Shown: positions 7,467 through 15,095 of the stretch, piece by piece
Numbering within the stretch: the stretch's first letter is position 1
How the letters are laid out: the number at the start of each line of letters is the position of its first letter
Source: Candidatus Bathyarchaeia archaeon
GTDB taxonomy: Archaea > Thermoproteota > Bathyarchaeia > Bathyarchaeales > Bathycorpusculaceae
Assembly: GCA_030019335.1 (NCBI GenBank)
Contig: JASEET010000003.1
Span: 20,263 to 35,384 of the forward strand
Length of the DNA stretch: 15,122 nt
Reading direction: 5' to 3'
The notes under the pieces: model-generated
Seen by the model: the letters and a program-made list of their open reading frames with translations, nothing else
Databases searched by the model: none
What the model was told of the DNA's origin: nothing
Translations under genes and position numbers: made by a program

Positions 7467-7679
7467 AGTCCACATAAGCTAAAACTGGTAGCTTTCTCGT
7501 CTGCCGATTGCGCCAAAACCGGAAAAGTCTTGTAATGCTTTTATTGGTGATGTTGAATTTCCATCAAGCCACAAGTCAATTAAAACATATTATTTGCTGC
7601 TTCAATTTTGAACACTGCCTACGCCTTTAAACCTTTTAAATCATAACACGGTTAGCGTTAATAAAAACAAGTGACATTA

Positions 7680-8585
7680 ATGAACGGTTATGACGAGGAA
7701 GCCCTTGAAAAGTTTCGACGGTCTGGAAAAATTCTTCGTGAGACACGCGAAGAAATAAAACATTTTGTTCGCGAAGGAATGCCAATAATTAAAATTTGCG
7801 AAAAAACTGAGGGACTTATACGGGAAAAAGGTGGAAAACCAGCGTTTCCATGCAACGTCTCAATAAACGAAATAGCAGCACATTACACATCTCCGCCAAA
7901 TGACGACAGAAAAATCCCTGAAAAATCCATAGTTAAAGTAGACATCGGTGTCCATGTGGACGGCTACGTAACCGACACGGCAATCACAGTATGCTTCAAC
8001 CCAGAATACGTAAGCCTCGTGGAAGCAGCCGAACACGCTCTGAAAACAGCCATAAACAACATCCATCCGGGAATGCACACGTCAAAACTTGGCGCAATGA
8101 TTGAAAAAACCATAAAATCTCGCGGTTTCAAGCCAGTTTCGAACCTAACTGGGCATCAGGTTGGACGTTATCTTGTGCACGCTGGCACTTCCCTACCTAA
8201 TGTCTCACACTTATCTTTTTCAAAAATTAAGCTTGGCGAAATCTACGCCATCGAGCCTTTCGTAACATTGCCGAACGCGGTAGGCAAGGTTGAAAACGAT
8301 AAAGAAGTCACAATTTTCCGTTTTCTCAAGCACAAGTCTCTGAAAAACCCATATGCAAAACAACTCCTCAAACACATTGAGGAAAACTTTAGAACTCTAC
8401 CCTTTGCTGAACGTTGGTTGCGAGGTGCAGTGCCGAAAGAACATTATCGAGAAGCCTTTCGTGAACTCTTATCTTCAAAAGCTCTTATGGGCTATCCCAT
8501 ATTCATCGAAGCCAGCAGAAAACCAGTGGCTCAGGCTGAACACACCGTTCTTATAGTCAAAGAAGGATGCGTTGTTCTAACCTAG
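7680..8585 (+). CDS. map: Methionine aminopeptidase, type 2 (archaeal)
   Basis: GGKPAFPCNVSINEIAAHYTS, VKVDIGVHVDGYVTDTA (two Asp metal ligands), GHQVGRY (His), IYAIEPF (Glu) and AEHTVLI (Glu) fit the M24A type-II pita-bread fold at the archaeal ~300-aa size. The track start is GTG 7671. ATG 7680 is preferred. Confidence 0.92.
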   Translation: MNGYDEEALEKFRRSGKILRETREEIKHFVREGMPIIKICEKTEGLIREKGGKPAFPCNVSINEIAAHYTSPPNDDRKIPEKSIVKVDIGVHVDGYVTDTAITVCFNPEYVSLVEAAEHALKTAINNIHPGMHTSKLGAMIEKTIKSRGFKPVSNLTGHQVGRYLVHAGTSLPNVSHLSFSKIKLGEIYAIEPFVTLPNAVGKVENDKEVTIFRFLKHKSLKNPYAKQLLKHIEENFRTLPFAERWLRGAVPKEHYREAFRELLSSKALMGYPIFIEASRKPVAQAEHTVLIVKEGCVVLT

Positions 8586-9007
8586 AAAGGGAATCGTTCT
8601 CTTTTTCTTTCTTTAACTTCTCTGTAAATCGCTGTTATCAACATATTCACGTTGCATTTTTGACACGGTTCAACCTCTTTGAAAATGTAGTCTCCACGTT
8701 GGAATTCTCTAATGCTTTTGAAATCGCATTTTCTGCATTCAATGGTGGTTGTTATCGACGGAGCTTCGATTTTTAAACGTAACATTCGCTTTTTCGTTTG
8801 GAACAGTATGTATGTGGACATGGCTACACCTAAAACTCCTATAAGCAGTAGGTATCCAGCAGTTAATTCTTGGCCGGGGGTGTACCAAGCGTTGATGGCT
8901 AGGATGATGGCTGTCAGCGACAGTGCCAAAACTATAAATATTATCATCAACATGAATGAAGAGATTTTGGTCGTTGTGGGTGATGAAGCTTTACTCATTT
9001 CACTCAT
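8582..9007 (-). CDS. Small membrane protein with two predicted TM helices and a C-terminal CxxC-x20-CxxC zinc-ribbon
   Basis: Hydrophobic stretches are FMLMIIFIVLALSLTAIILAI and YLLLIGVLGVAMSTYILF, followed by CRKCDF...(20 aa)...CQKCN. The ATG lies 3 nt after the stop of the upstream gene (minus strand TAG-AGG-ATG), which implies coupling. Confidence 0.6.
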   Translation of the reverse strand: MSEMSKASSPTTTKISSFMLMIIFIVLALSLTAIILAINAWYTPGQELTAGYLLLIGVLGVAMSTYILFQTKKRMLRLKIEAPSITTTIECRKCDFKSIREFQRGDYIFKEVEPCQKCNVNMLITAIYREVKERKRERFPF

Positions 9008-9010
9008 CCT

Positions 9011-10150
9011 CTATGGGCTAATACCAATGGTGTTGCCTGCTCCAGCAATTATCACCCTGTCACCTTCCTTCGTTCTTTCCAAAATAACCTGTTTTATTCT
9101 TTCGATAGCCTTGTCAGTAGCATCCAAAATTTCTTTACGCATCGGCGAAACCGCATCACCAATATCCTCCTTTATTATCACGGCGTTTACTGGAATGCGG
9201 TATTTCAGAATGGATTCTTCGATCTTAAACTGGTCAACGCCAGGTCCGCCTATGGCTGCACCAACACCCTCAGCCACCTCTCCCACTACTTCGCCTTCAA
9301 GTTTCAAAGCAGCATCAACCATGATTATTGTGGCAATTTTTCCTTCATTTTCTTCAATGATTATCTTGACTGCTTCTCCAATTTTGCCCACGTTTCCTCC
9401 GGGTCCTTCAGCCTTAATAACGTGTGCTGTGCGTCCTTCTATCGGCACGGTTGCAACAACACAGTCTTTAGGTATTTTTCTTATTTCATTTCCATGCATT
9501 AGTTTTGCTGCTACTAGTGCACCTGCTCCGTCGCCTATTGGCTGGCCGTATGCAAAGGCTTTTAATGCACTGGCGTAGGCTTCTGCTTCCCGCATGACAA
9601 GAGGCAGTATCATCTGTATTTGCATTATGATGTAGAGGCTAAGTGTTTTTTTACCAAGTAAATAAAAATGCCGTATTATCTTGTAAATGTAGTTAAGTGC
9701 CATTGCCGCTTCAAGGGTGTTTTCCAAATTGTTTGCTTGGGTTTCGTCTGCCGCTGGCGCCATCAGTTTTACTTCATCTTTGAAACGTGTGTCCCTAACG
9801 TCCAGTATATGCTCAAGTTTCCAAACTACGCCCGCTGGGTCTAGGCTTTGCGGTGATATTGTGAAGTACTCTAGGAATCTGTCAACTCTAGCCGTTGGGT
9901 CTGCTTGTGGCTTCCCAATCTCTTTTATCGTTTCTATTGCGGTTTTTCGACCTTCATCCTTTATATATCTCAGTTTATAAAGGGAGCCTTCAACCTCTCT
10001 AAGCATGATATACATTTGGATTCTTTGTCCATAAAATATGAAAACTATGAAGATAGCATAGAAGAGTATGTTTAGAATCCATGAGTACTCTCCGAACGGT
10101 TCCTGCAGTAGCTGATTCTGTAAAGCTGTCGTTGTCGCCAATTCGTTCAC
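9011..10150 (-). CDS. Conserved archaeal membrane-anchored protein of unknown function, resembling my recollection of the DUF1512 family
   Basis: There is an N-terminal TM helix (WILNILFYAIFIVFIFYG), a helical middle region and a Gly-rich alpha/beta-like C-terminal domain (GQPIGDGAGALVAAKL ... GGPGVD ... IIAGAGNTIGI). A GTG start at 10150 lies 5-6 nt downstream of a strong SD, GAGGTGA (plus 10155-10161), with a TATA-like AAAATTTATAA at 10184-10194. The family name needs an HMM check. Confidence 0.72.
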   Translation of the reverse strand: MNELATTTALQNQLLQEPFGEYSWILNILFYAIFIVFIFYGQRIQMYIMLREVEGSLYKLRYIKDEGRKTAIETIKEIGKPQADPTARVDRFLEYFTISPQSLDPAGVVWKLEHILDVRDTRFKDEVKLMAPAADETQANNLENTLEAAMALNYIYKIIRHFYLLGKKTLSLYIIMQIQMILPLVMREAEAYASALKAFAYGQPIGDGAGALVAAKLMHGNEIRKIPKDCVVATVPIEGRTAHVIKAEGPGGNVGKIGEAVKIIIEENEGKIATIIMVDAALKLEGEVVGEVAEGVGAAIGGPGVDQFKIEESILKYRIPVNAVIIKEDIGDAVSPMRKEILDATDKAIERIKQVILERTKEGDRVIIAGAGNTIGISP

Positions 10151-10228
10151 TAACTCACCTCTCGAAAAACTATCAGTGCTCAGTTATAAATTTTGGGTAA
10201 TTCTCCTCTAAATTAACAATTAAGGCGG

Positions 10229-10348
10229 GGCTGCCAGCTTTCCCGGGTTCGCGTGGCCGAAGACCGCACTACAGCCGGGAACGGAGCACGGTTTAACTTC
10301 TGAGTTCGGAATGAGATCAGGTGGGTCCCGCACCCTATGGCCGGCAAA
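10229..10348 (-). rRNA. rrf: 5S ribosomal RNA, stand-alone (not linked to 16S/23S in this window)
   Basis: The minus-strand sequence reads UUUGCCGGCCAUAGGGUGCGGGACCCACCUGAUCUCAUUCCGAACUCAGAAGUUAAACCGUGCUCCGUUCCCGGCUGUAGUGCGGUCUUCGGCCACGCGAACCCGGGAAAGCUGGCAGCC. It has the conserved CCGAAC...GAAGUUAA loop C/helix III signature. Helix I pairs 5' UGCCGGC with 3' GCUGGCA. Ends are approximate to within a few nt. Confidence 0.9.
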
Positions 10349-10374
10349 CCCCAAAATACACGTTAAGTCTTCAC

Positions 10375-10397
10375 TCATTAACTTTTCGCTTATAGCG
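10375..10397 (-). promoter_or_regulatory. Putative 5S rRNA promoter, read on the minus strand as CGCTATAAGCGAAAA GTTAATGA. Copy 3 of the recurring palindrome+BRE/TATA-like motif.
   Basis: The A/T box GTTAATGA is centred ~30 nt upstream of the inferred 5S 5' end and is preceded by GCGAAAA. The near-palindrome CGCTATAAGCG matches the motifs at 183-201 and 1903-1921. Confidence 0.35.
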
Positions 10398-10435
10398 GCG
10401 GTTTTAAGCACCAAATCATGTTCATATGGTTTAGG

Positions 10436-11365
10436 TTAATCTTCTTCTTTGAGTATGGCTTCCCATATTCCGAATCCGCCCACCGTTTCGGGACGTTCAA
10501 CAGGGTTGTACCATCTTTTTTTCGTGCCAACTTTAGCCCGCATCTTCCATCCAAAGGATTTAGGTTTTTTATCTATTCTTTCCAAAAGGTTTTCTATCTT
10601 TCGAGCTATGTCCTCTCTGTCCTTCTTTTCAATCTGTTTGGGCTTAATTTCCACTTCTGAACCTAGCTTATCTAGCTCGGTTACGAATTTCTTGAGTTTT
10701 TTTAGATTTGTTGTGGCTGTGTACCAGAATCCCCAGTCTTGCGATAACAGTTTAGCTATATGTGAGGCGTCTATGCTTTCCTTTTCACCCCTTTCTTTGA
10801 TGTCGTGAGCCTTTAGTAAGAGTAAGCAGTCTTTTAGGTCTTTTATGCTGAAAGCTTCCCACATCTGTATTTTTTCAAGAAGCATATCTGTTACCGTGAT
10901 TGTTGGATGGTCAAGTTCAAGTCTTCCTCTAAAATCGATTGGGTGGTTTGCCACCAATAGCTTGTCGAAGAAGATGTCTACGTAGAACCAGCCTTTCGGA
11001 TGATAATATATTTGCCTTTCTGACGCGGCTGTTGAAAGGGTTGCCCTTCTTTTTGCATATCCAATTTTGTCGAATAATTCCTTGATTTTTTCTCTTTGCT
11101 TGCGATAGGAGACGTAATCTATATCGCTGTATTCTTGACCTTTAACAACGCCTGTTCCTACTCTACCCAATTTTTTCGCAAACTCTTTATGTTCTTGGCA
11201 GTGTATTGCTATGCCTAGTCCACCTAAAATCCTTAGGATTATACCTTTTTCTTTGGCTTTTTCAACGATTTCTTGGGATTCGCGGAGAAACACTTCTGTG
11301 GGAACTATTCCCTTCCAGTCCTTCGGAAGTTCTCTTTTAATTTCCTTTTCTAAAAGCCAAGCCAT
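10436..11365 (-). CDS. Pol-beta-superfamily nucleotidyltransferase of unknown specificity (uncharacterised NTase family, NTP_transf_5-like layout)
   Basis: It carries LRILGGLGIA (hG[GS] motif), then YSDIDYV (DxD) and a downstream FYVDIFF (third acidic residue), followed by a helical C-terminal region. The ATG is preceded by GAGGA 8 nt upstream, which overlaps the stop of the upstream phosphoesterase gene. Confidence 0.68.
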   Translation of the reverse strand: MAWLLEKEIKRELPKDWKGIVPTEVFLRESQEIVEKAKEKGIILRILGGLGIAIHCQEHKEFAKKLGRVGTGVVKGQEYSDIDYVSYRKQREKIKELFDKIGYAKRRATLSTAASERQIYYHPKGWFYVDIFFDKLLVANHPIDFRGRLELDHPTITVTDMLLEKIQMWEAFSIKDLKDCLLLLKAHDIKERGEKESIDASHIAKLLSQDWGFWYTATTNLKKLKKFVTELDKLGSEVEIKPKQIEKKDREDIARKIENLLERIDKKPKSFGWKMRAKVGTKKRWYNPVERPETVGGFGIWEAILKEED

Positions 11366-11375
11366 TTCTGGTTCC

Positions 11376-12350
11376 TCAACCCTCTATTCTTTGAAGCCTA
11401 ATAATATTGTTGCCTTTGAACTCTATTAGGAACGCCCTTAAGATTCCTTCAGCGTATTCGCTTCCAGGGTTGACACAATACGTTTTGCCGATTTTCATCG
11501 AGCCCGACGCCTCATGTATGTGTCCATGAAGCCCTAGGAAAGGCTGGTATTTCTCAATTACTTTTCTAACAGCTTTTGAGCCTACTGGAACCATAACGAC
11601 ACTTCCGCCTTGAATAACGGGGTTTAAGTCATCGTCGAGGAGTGGTGCTTCATCCAGTTTTGTTTGGTATGGTGGAGCGTGGAAGTTGAATATGGATGCT
11701 TCAACATTTTTCAGATGGGAAATATATTTTTCAAGTCTTTCTTCGAGTTTATCTTCTTCCTCTTCTCTTGATGTTTTCCATGGACTAGGGTTTACCCAGC
11801 CGCAGCTTATCATTTCATGAGAATCGTCAACCTCTATTACCTTTTCTTCTCCGTTAATTACATATTTGTGGTTGTTGACCAAGTCGTCTACTGGGAATCT
11901 GTCGTCATTTCCCGGGCAAACAACAACTCTTGTTTCGCTTGAAACCTTCTGTGGAATAAGGTCCAACCAGCTTTTTAGCGTCGAGATCATGACTTCGTGG
12001 AATACTTGGTCCACTTTTTCAGTGTTTTTCTTCATTTCCTCATATTCGCTTTCGTTGGTCAAGTATGGGTAGTACCCTATTCCCTTAATGTCTTTGGAGG
12101 CTTTCTCCAATCCGCTTGAATCTATTATGCGGTTTTCGCCCATGAGGTAGTAGGCGTATTTTCCGTCCTTCCGCTCAACAATGGGGACAATCATTTTTCC
12201 TGTTAGGTCTCCGCCGCAAATAGCCACATCCGCTTTAAGCATTGCTGAAGCGTTCAGGAATTTTCTCCAAACTCCTTCAGAACCATGCATATCTGTGACG
12301 AAAAGAATTCTCGTCACTTGAGCTTTTTTTCCTTTAAATAGAAACGACAA
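11376..12350 (-). CDS. Metallophosphoesterase (calcineurin-like) family protein
   Basis: The ordered MPE motifs are LFVTDMHG (DxH), CGGDLTG (GD), CPGNDD (a GNH[DE] variant with His replaced by Asp), FNFHAPP (H) and GLHGHIHE (GHxH). The track start is TTG 12350. GTG 12317 (VTRILFVTDMHG) is an alternative, and there is no in-frame ATG upstream of motif I. Confidence 0.85.
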   Translation of the reverse strand: MSFLFKGKKAQVTRILFVTDMHGSEGVWRKFLNASAMLKADVAICGGDLTGKMIVPIVERKDGKYAYYLMGENRIIDSSGLEKASKDIKGIGYYPYLTNESEYEEMKKNTEKVDQVFHEVMISTLKSWLDLIPQKVSSETRVVVCPGNDDRFPVDDLVNNHKYVINGEEKVIEVDDSHEMISCGWVNPSPWKTSREEEEDKLEERLEKYISHLKNVEASIFNFHAPPYQTKLDEAPLLDDDLNPVIQGGSVVMVPVGSKAVRKVIEKYQPFLGLHGHIHEASGSMKIGKTYCVNPGSEYAEGILRAFLIEFKGNNIIRLQRIEG

Positions 12351-12471
12351 TTGAATCGCCCCAACTTTCTTTCCATGTTTATTCAGATTAAAAGCGGTAT
12401 TTAAGTTTAAACTTTATGGAAAATCTTAAATGTAGTTAAGCCTAAAAAGAAAGGTTTAGGTGACAAAACGT

Positions 12472-14145
12472 ATGGCTTCAAGTAAACCAGGATTGTTTGC
12501 AAGAGAGGCAACAGGGCTAGTAAGAGAAATCGGCTTTATGCTCGGTGTAATCATTATCCTTTCGCACGTCGTTGGCTTGGGTTGGCAGAAAAGAGCATTC
12601 CAATTCACTGGTCCAATGGCCATACCAAATGACTTGCTTCCGTTAGGTCTTCCAGCGATGTTCTGGGCTTTCCTCATCTGCGGCATAATCGTGCTCATTA
12701 CGGGTTATGCAAGCGGTTACGTTACAGCTGCAATGCCAAGATCTGGTGGCGGCTACGTTACAATGTCAAGGGTGATTCATCCCATACTAGGGTATATGTC
12801 AGGATGGCTCATGTTCCTTGCAGAAGCCTTTTCCTATGGACTTATCGGCGTCGCGTGTTTCGAAGCAATCATGATATTCTACAACATTGCACTTGCACCA
12901 ACGGTCATAGATTTTAGTCCTGCAGTTCTTTTCATAGGAGGTATGGTGGTTGTCTGGGTGTTCGCAATACTTGCTCTGTTAGGCACAAAACTCTACGGCA
13001 GAATTATGCACGTAATGTTCTGGATTCCAGCTATAATTACAATAGGATTCTTTGCCATGTGGATTGCCGGCGTGATGAATCCAGACCTTCTAGCAACTGG
13101 AGTGCAAGACGTTATGGGTGCAACACCAGACGATATGGTAACGCTTGCAATAAACACTGGTATGACGGCGGATATACCAAGTTTCTTTGATGCCTTTTCC
13201 TACGCGTTGCCTGGAGCATTCTGGGCTTACATGGGATGGTATTCAACTACCTTTATAGCTGGTGAAGTGAAAGAGGCAAACCGAAAACTTCCGAAGGTAG
13301 TTGTGTCAGCTGGATTATTAATACTGATAATTTACATAGCAGCTTCATCACTTTCAGCATTAGCATGTATGAACGTGGCTGTAACGCCAGTTGGTGGTCA
13401 TGACTATAGCTTCTTCCAAGCATACTCTTGGCTAAGCTACGGTCCCCAAGCGGCCAAAGATGCAGCAGCGACGATTCCCAATTTCCAAGCTGCGTGGAGC
13501 ACTGGAGTAGCATCCCTGATTGCCAGAGGCATGGATTTGGGTTGGCTTTCATGGCTGATAGCGTTGGCTGGTGTGCTGTGGCTTGCAAACGACATACCAC
13601 CATTCTTGCTGGTTGCGTCTAGAACCTTCTTCGCCATGTCATTTGACAGGATGTTGCCTGAAAGCTTCGCCTACGTCAGCGAAAGATGGCATGCACCAGT
13701 TTGGTCAATAATAATCACCGCTGTCGGTGGAATCTTTGGATGTATAGCTGAGTCAAACGTTGCGGATTGGGGAACCTATTTCGCATTTGCAGGTGTCGTT
13801 GGAACCGACATATTCGACGCGTTCTTCCTAACACTGTTCTGCCTATCATGCATGTTGCTTCCACTTGAGAGAAAAGAAATCTACGACAGAGCAGCGGTTA
13901 GGCATTCAATAGGCACTGTGGTAACATTAGGATTCATATCAACGATACTCTCAGGCTTCTGCCTCTACATATTCATAAGGGAGTCGCCATGGATTTTGAA
14001 TCCTGCAGGCGACGAAATATATAGCTGTGCTGGCTTCTTCCTCTGCATCGTAATTGGCATATTGCTATACGTATACCATCTCTACAAGAACACAACAAGA
14101 GGCATAGACGTAAGAACCCTCTACCTAAGCATCCCACCAGAATAG
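12472..14145 (+). CDS. APC-superfamily amino acid/polyamine permease
   Basis: The protein is ~555 aa and highly hydrophobic, with many TM segments. AAMPRSGGGYVTMSRV...GYMSGW matches the conserved APC TM2-3 region. The SD AGGTGA at 12458-12463 lies 8 nt before ATG 12472, and the track's GTG 12460 lies inside that SD. A TATA-like GTATTTAAGTTTAAAC is at 12397-12412. Confidence 0.85.
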   Translation: MASSKPGLFAREATGLVREIGFMLGVIIILSHVVGLGWQKRAFQFTGPMAIPNDLLPLGLPAMFWAFLICGIIVLITGYASGYVTAAMPRSGGGYVTMSRVIHPILGYMSGWLMFLAEAFSYGLIGVACFEAIMIFYNIALAPTVIDFSPAVLFIGGMVVVWVFAILALLGTKLYGRIMHVMFWIPAIITIGFFAMWIAGVMNPDLLATGVQDVMGATPDDMVTLAINTGMTADIPSFFDAFSYALPGAFWAYMGWYSTTFIAGEVKEANRKLPKVVVSAGLLILIIYIAASSLSALACMNVAVTPVGGHDYSFFQAYSWLSYGPQAAKDAAATIPNFQAAWSTGVASLIARGMDLGWLSWLIALAGVLWLANDIPPFLLVASRTFFAMSFDRMLPESFAYVSERWHAPVWSIIITAVGGIFGCIAESNVADWGTYFAFAGVVGTDIFDAFFLTLFCLSCMLLPLERKEIYDRAAVRHSIGTVVTLGFISTILSGFCLYIFIRESPWILNPAGDEIYSCAGFFLCIVIGILLYVYHLYKNTTRGIDVRTLYLSIPPE

Positions 14146-14231
14146 CCTTAAATACCCTCTCCCTTTTTATCTTCAATAAATATTATTATTTGGTGTTCTA
14201 CGTGTACGAGTTAAACTTCATAACAGATCTA

Positions 14232-15095
14232 ATGGAAGAACGACTGGCCAAAGGAAAACTAAGATGGCTAGCCAACTTCAAGGAAATCCGCAGAGACTAT
14301 AAAATAGGCGAATTCACAATCCCAATCTATGCCACAGGAGGCCTAGAAGAGAAAGGGTTCTTCCTGTCAAAAGTATTCTCAACCCTCGTGACACCAAAGT
14401 ATAAAATTCACTTCCTCTTTTACACATCCCCCGAAATTGACGTAAAGTTCTTGAGAAAATTTATAATATCATGTAAAAGCAAGTTTGTCGGTGACGATTG
14501 GATATTTATTGGGCTGGTTCAAGGCAAGCCTGTTGAAAAATCTCTAAAAAACGCTATAGAGAATATCGCTGATAATAGAGTGGGTGTGGCAGCTTACAGT
14601 CTCACCTCAAAAAATGCTGTTTCATCAAAAAATGTTCTCGGAAAAGCTCTCCAAAAACAGTTGAAATTGACTGAGGCGAAATTTGAAGCCTTTGATTTGC
14701 CAGATTACCTGAAAAGCTTCACCATACCGTTCTCTCTAGGCACGTTAATGTTAATTGCGGCGGCGCTCTTTGGTGATGTTCCAACAGCAATTCAACCATT
14801 AACCCTTTTGCTTTTAGCCTTTTTCTCAATTATACTTGGTCATCAAATCTACAAAACACAGTACCATGTAACTCTAACATTGAACGCTAAGGGATTTGAA
14901 CTCCGAGAAGGAAAAGCAGTGACTATAAGGAAGTGGTCTGACTTTACGGATTTAGCAATTTACATTACACCAAGACGTGAAACATGCCTAAGACTATATT
15001 CAAAAGAGAAGATATTAGATCTACCACTCTCAAGAATCGGCATCTCTAAAAAAGACGCATATAACACAATCAGACAGCTAATAAAAAGAAGATAA
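14232..15095 (+). CDS. Hypothetical membrane protein: N-terminal soluble domain, a two-helix TM hairpin and a C-terminal small beta-rich (possibly bacterial-PH-like) domain
   Basis: I recognise no family motif. The TM helices are FTIPFSLGTLMLIAAALFG and LTLLLLAFFSIILGHQIY, followed by ~85 aa (VTLTLNAKGFELREGKAVTIRKWSDFTDLAIY...). The track start is TTG 14190. ATG 14232 (MEERLAKGK...) is preferred because the A/T-rich TATA-like CAATAAATATTATTA at 14174-14188 would lie inside the longer form. Confidence 0.55.
   Translation: MEERLAKGKLRWLANFKEIRRDYKIGEFTIPIYATGGLEEKGFFLSKVFSTLVTPKYKIHFLFYTSPEIDVKFLRKFIISCKSKFVGDDWIFIGLVQGKPVEKSLKNAIENIADNRVGVAAYSLTSKNAVSSKNVLGKALQKQLKLTEAKFEAFDLPDYLKSFTIPFSLGTLMLIAAALFGDVPTAIQPLTLLLLAFFSIILGHQIYKTQYHVTLTLNAKGFELREGKAVTIRKWSDFTDLAIYITPRRETCLRLYSKEKILDLPLSRIGISKKDAYNTIRQLIKRR

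Noticed and set aside
8712-9578. A 288-aa ORF on the + strand
   Set aside because: It runs entirely antisense to the DUF1512-like and zinc-ribbon genes. Its translation is low-complexity and Ser/Pro/Ala/Ile-rich with no motifs. The minus-strand genes have a strong SD, coupled start/stop codons and recognisable domain features. It looks like a typical shadow ORF.
10220-10414. A 64-aa ORF on the - strand
   Set aside because: It coincides with the 5S rRNA gene and its promoter. The open frame is a by-product of the GC-rich RNA sequence.
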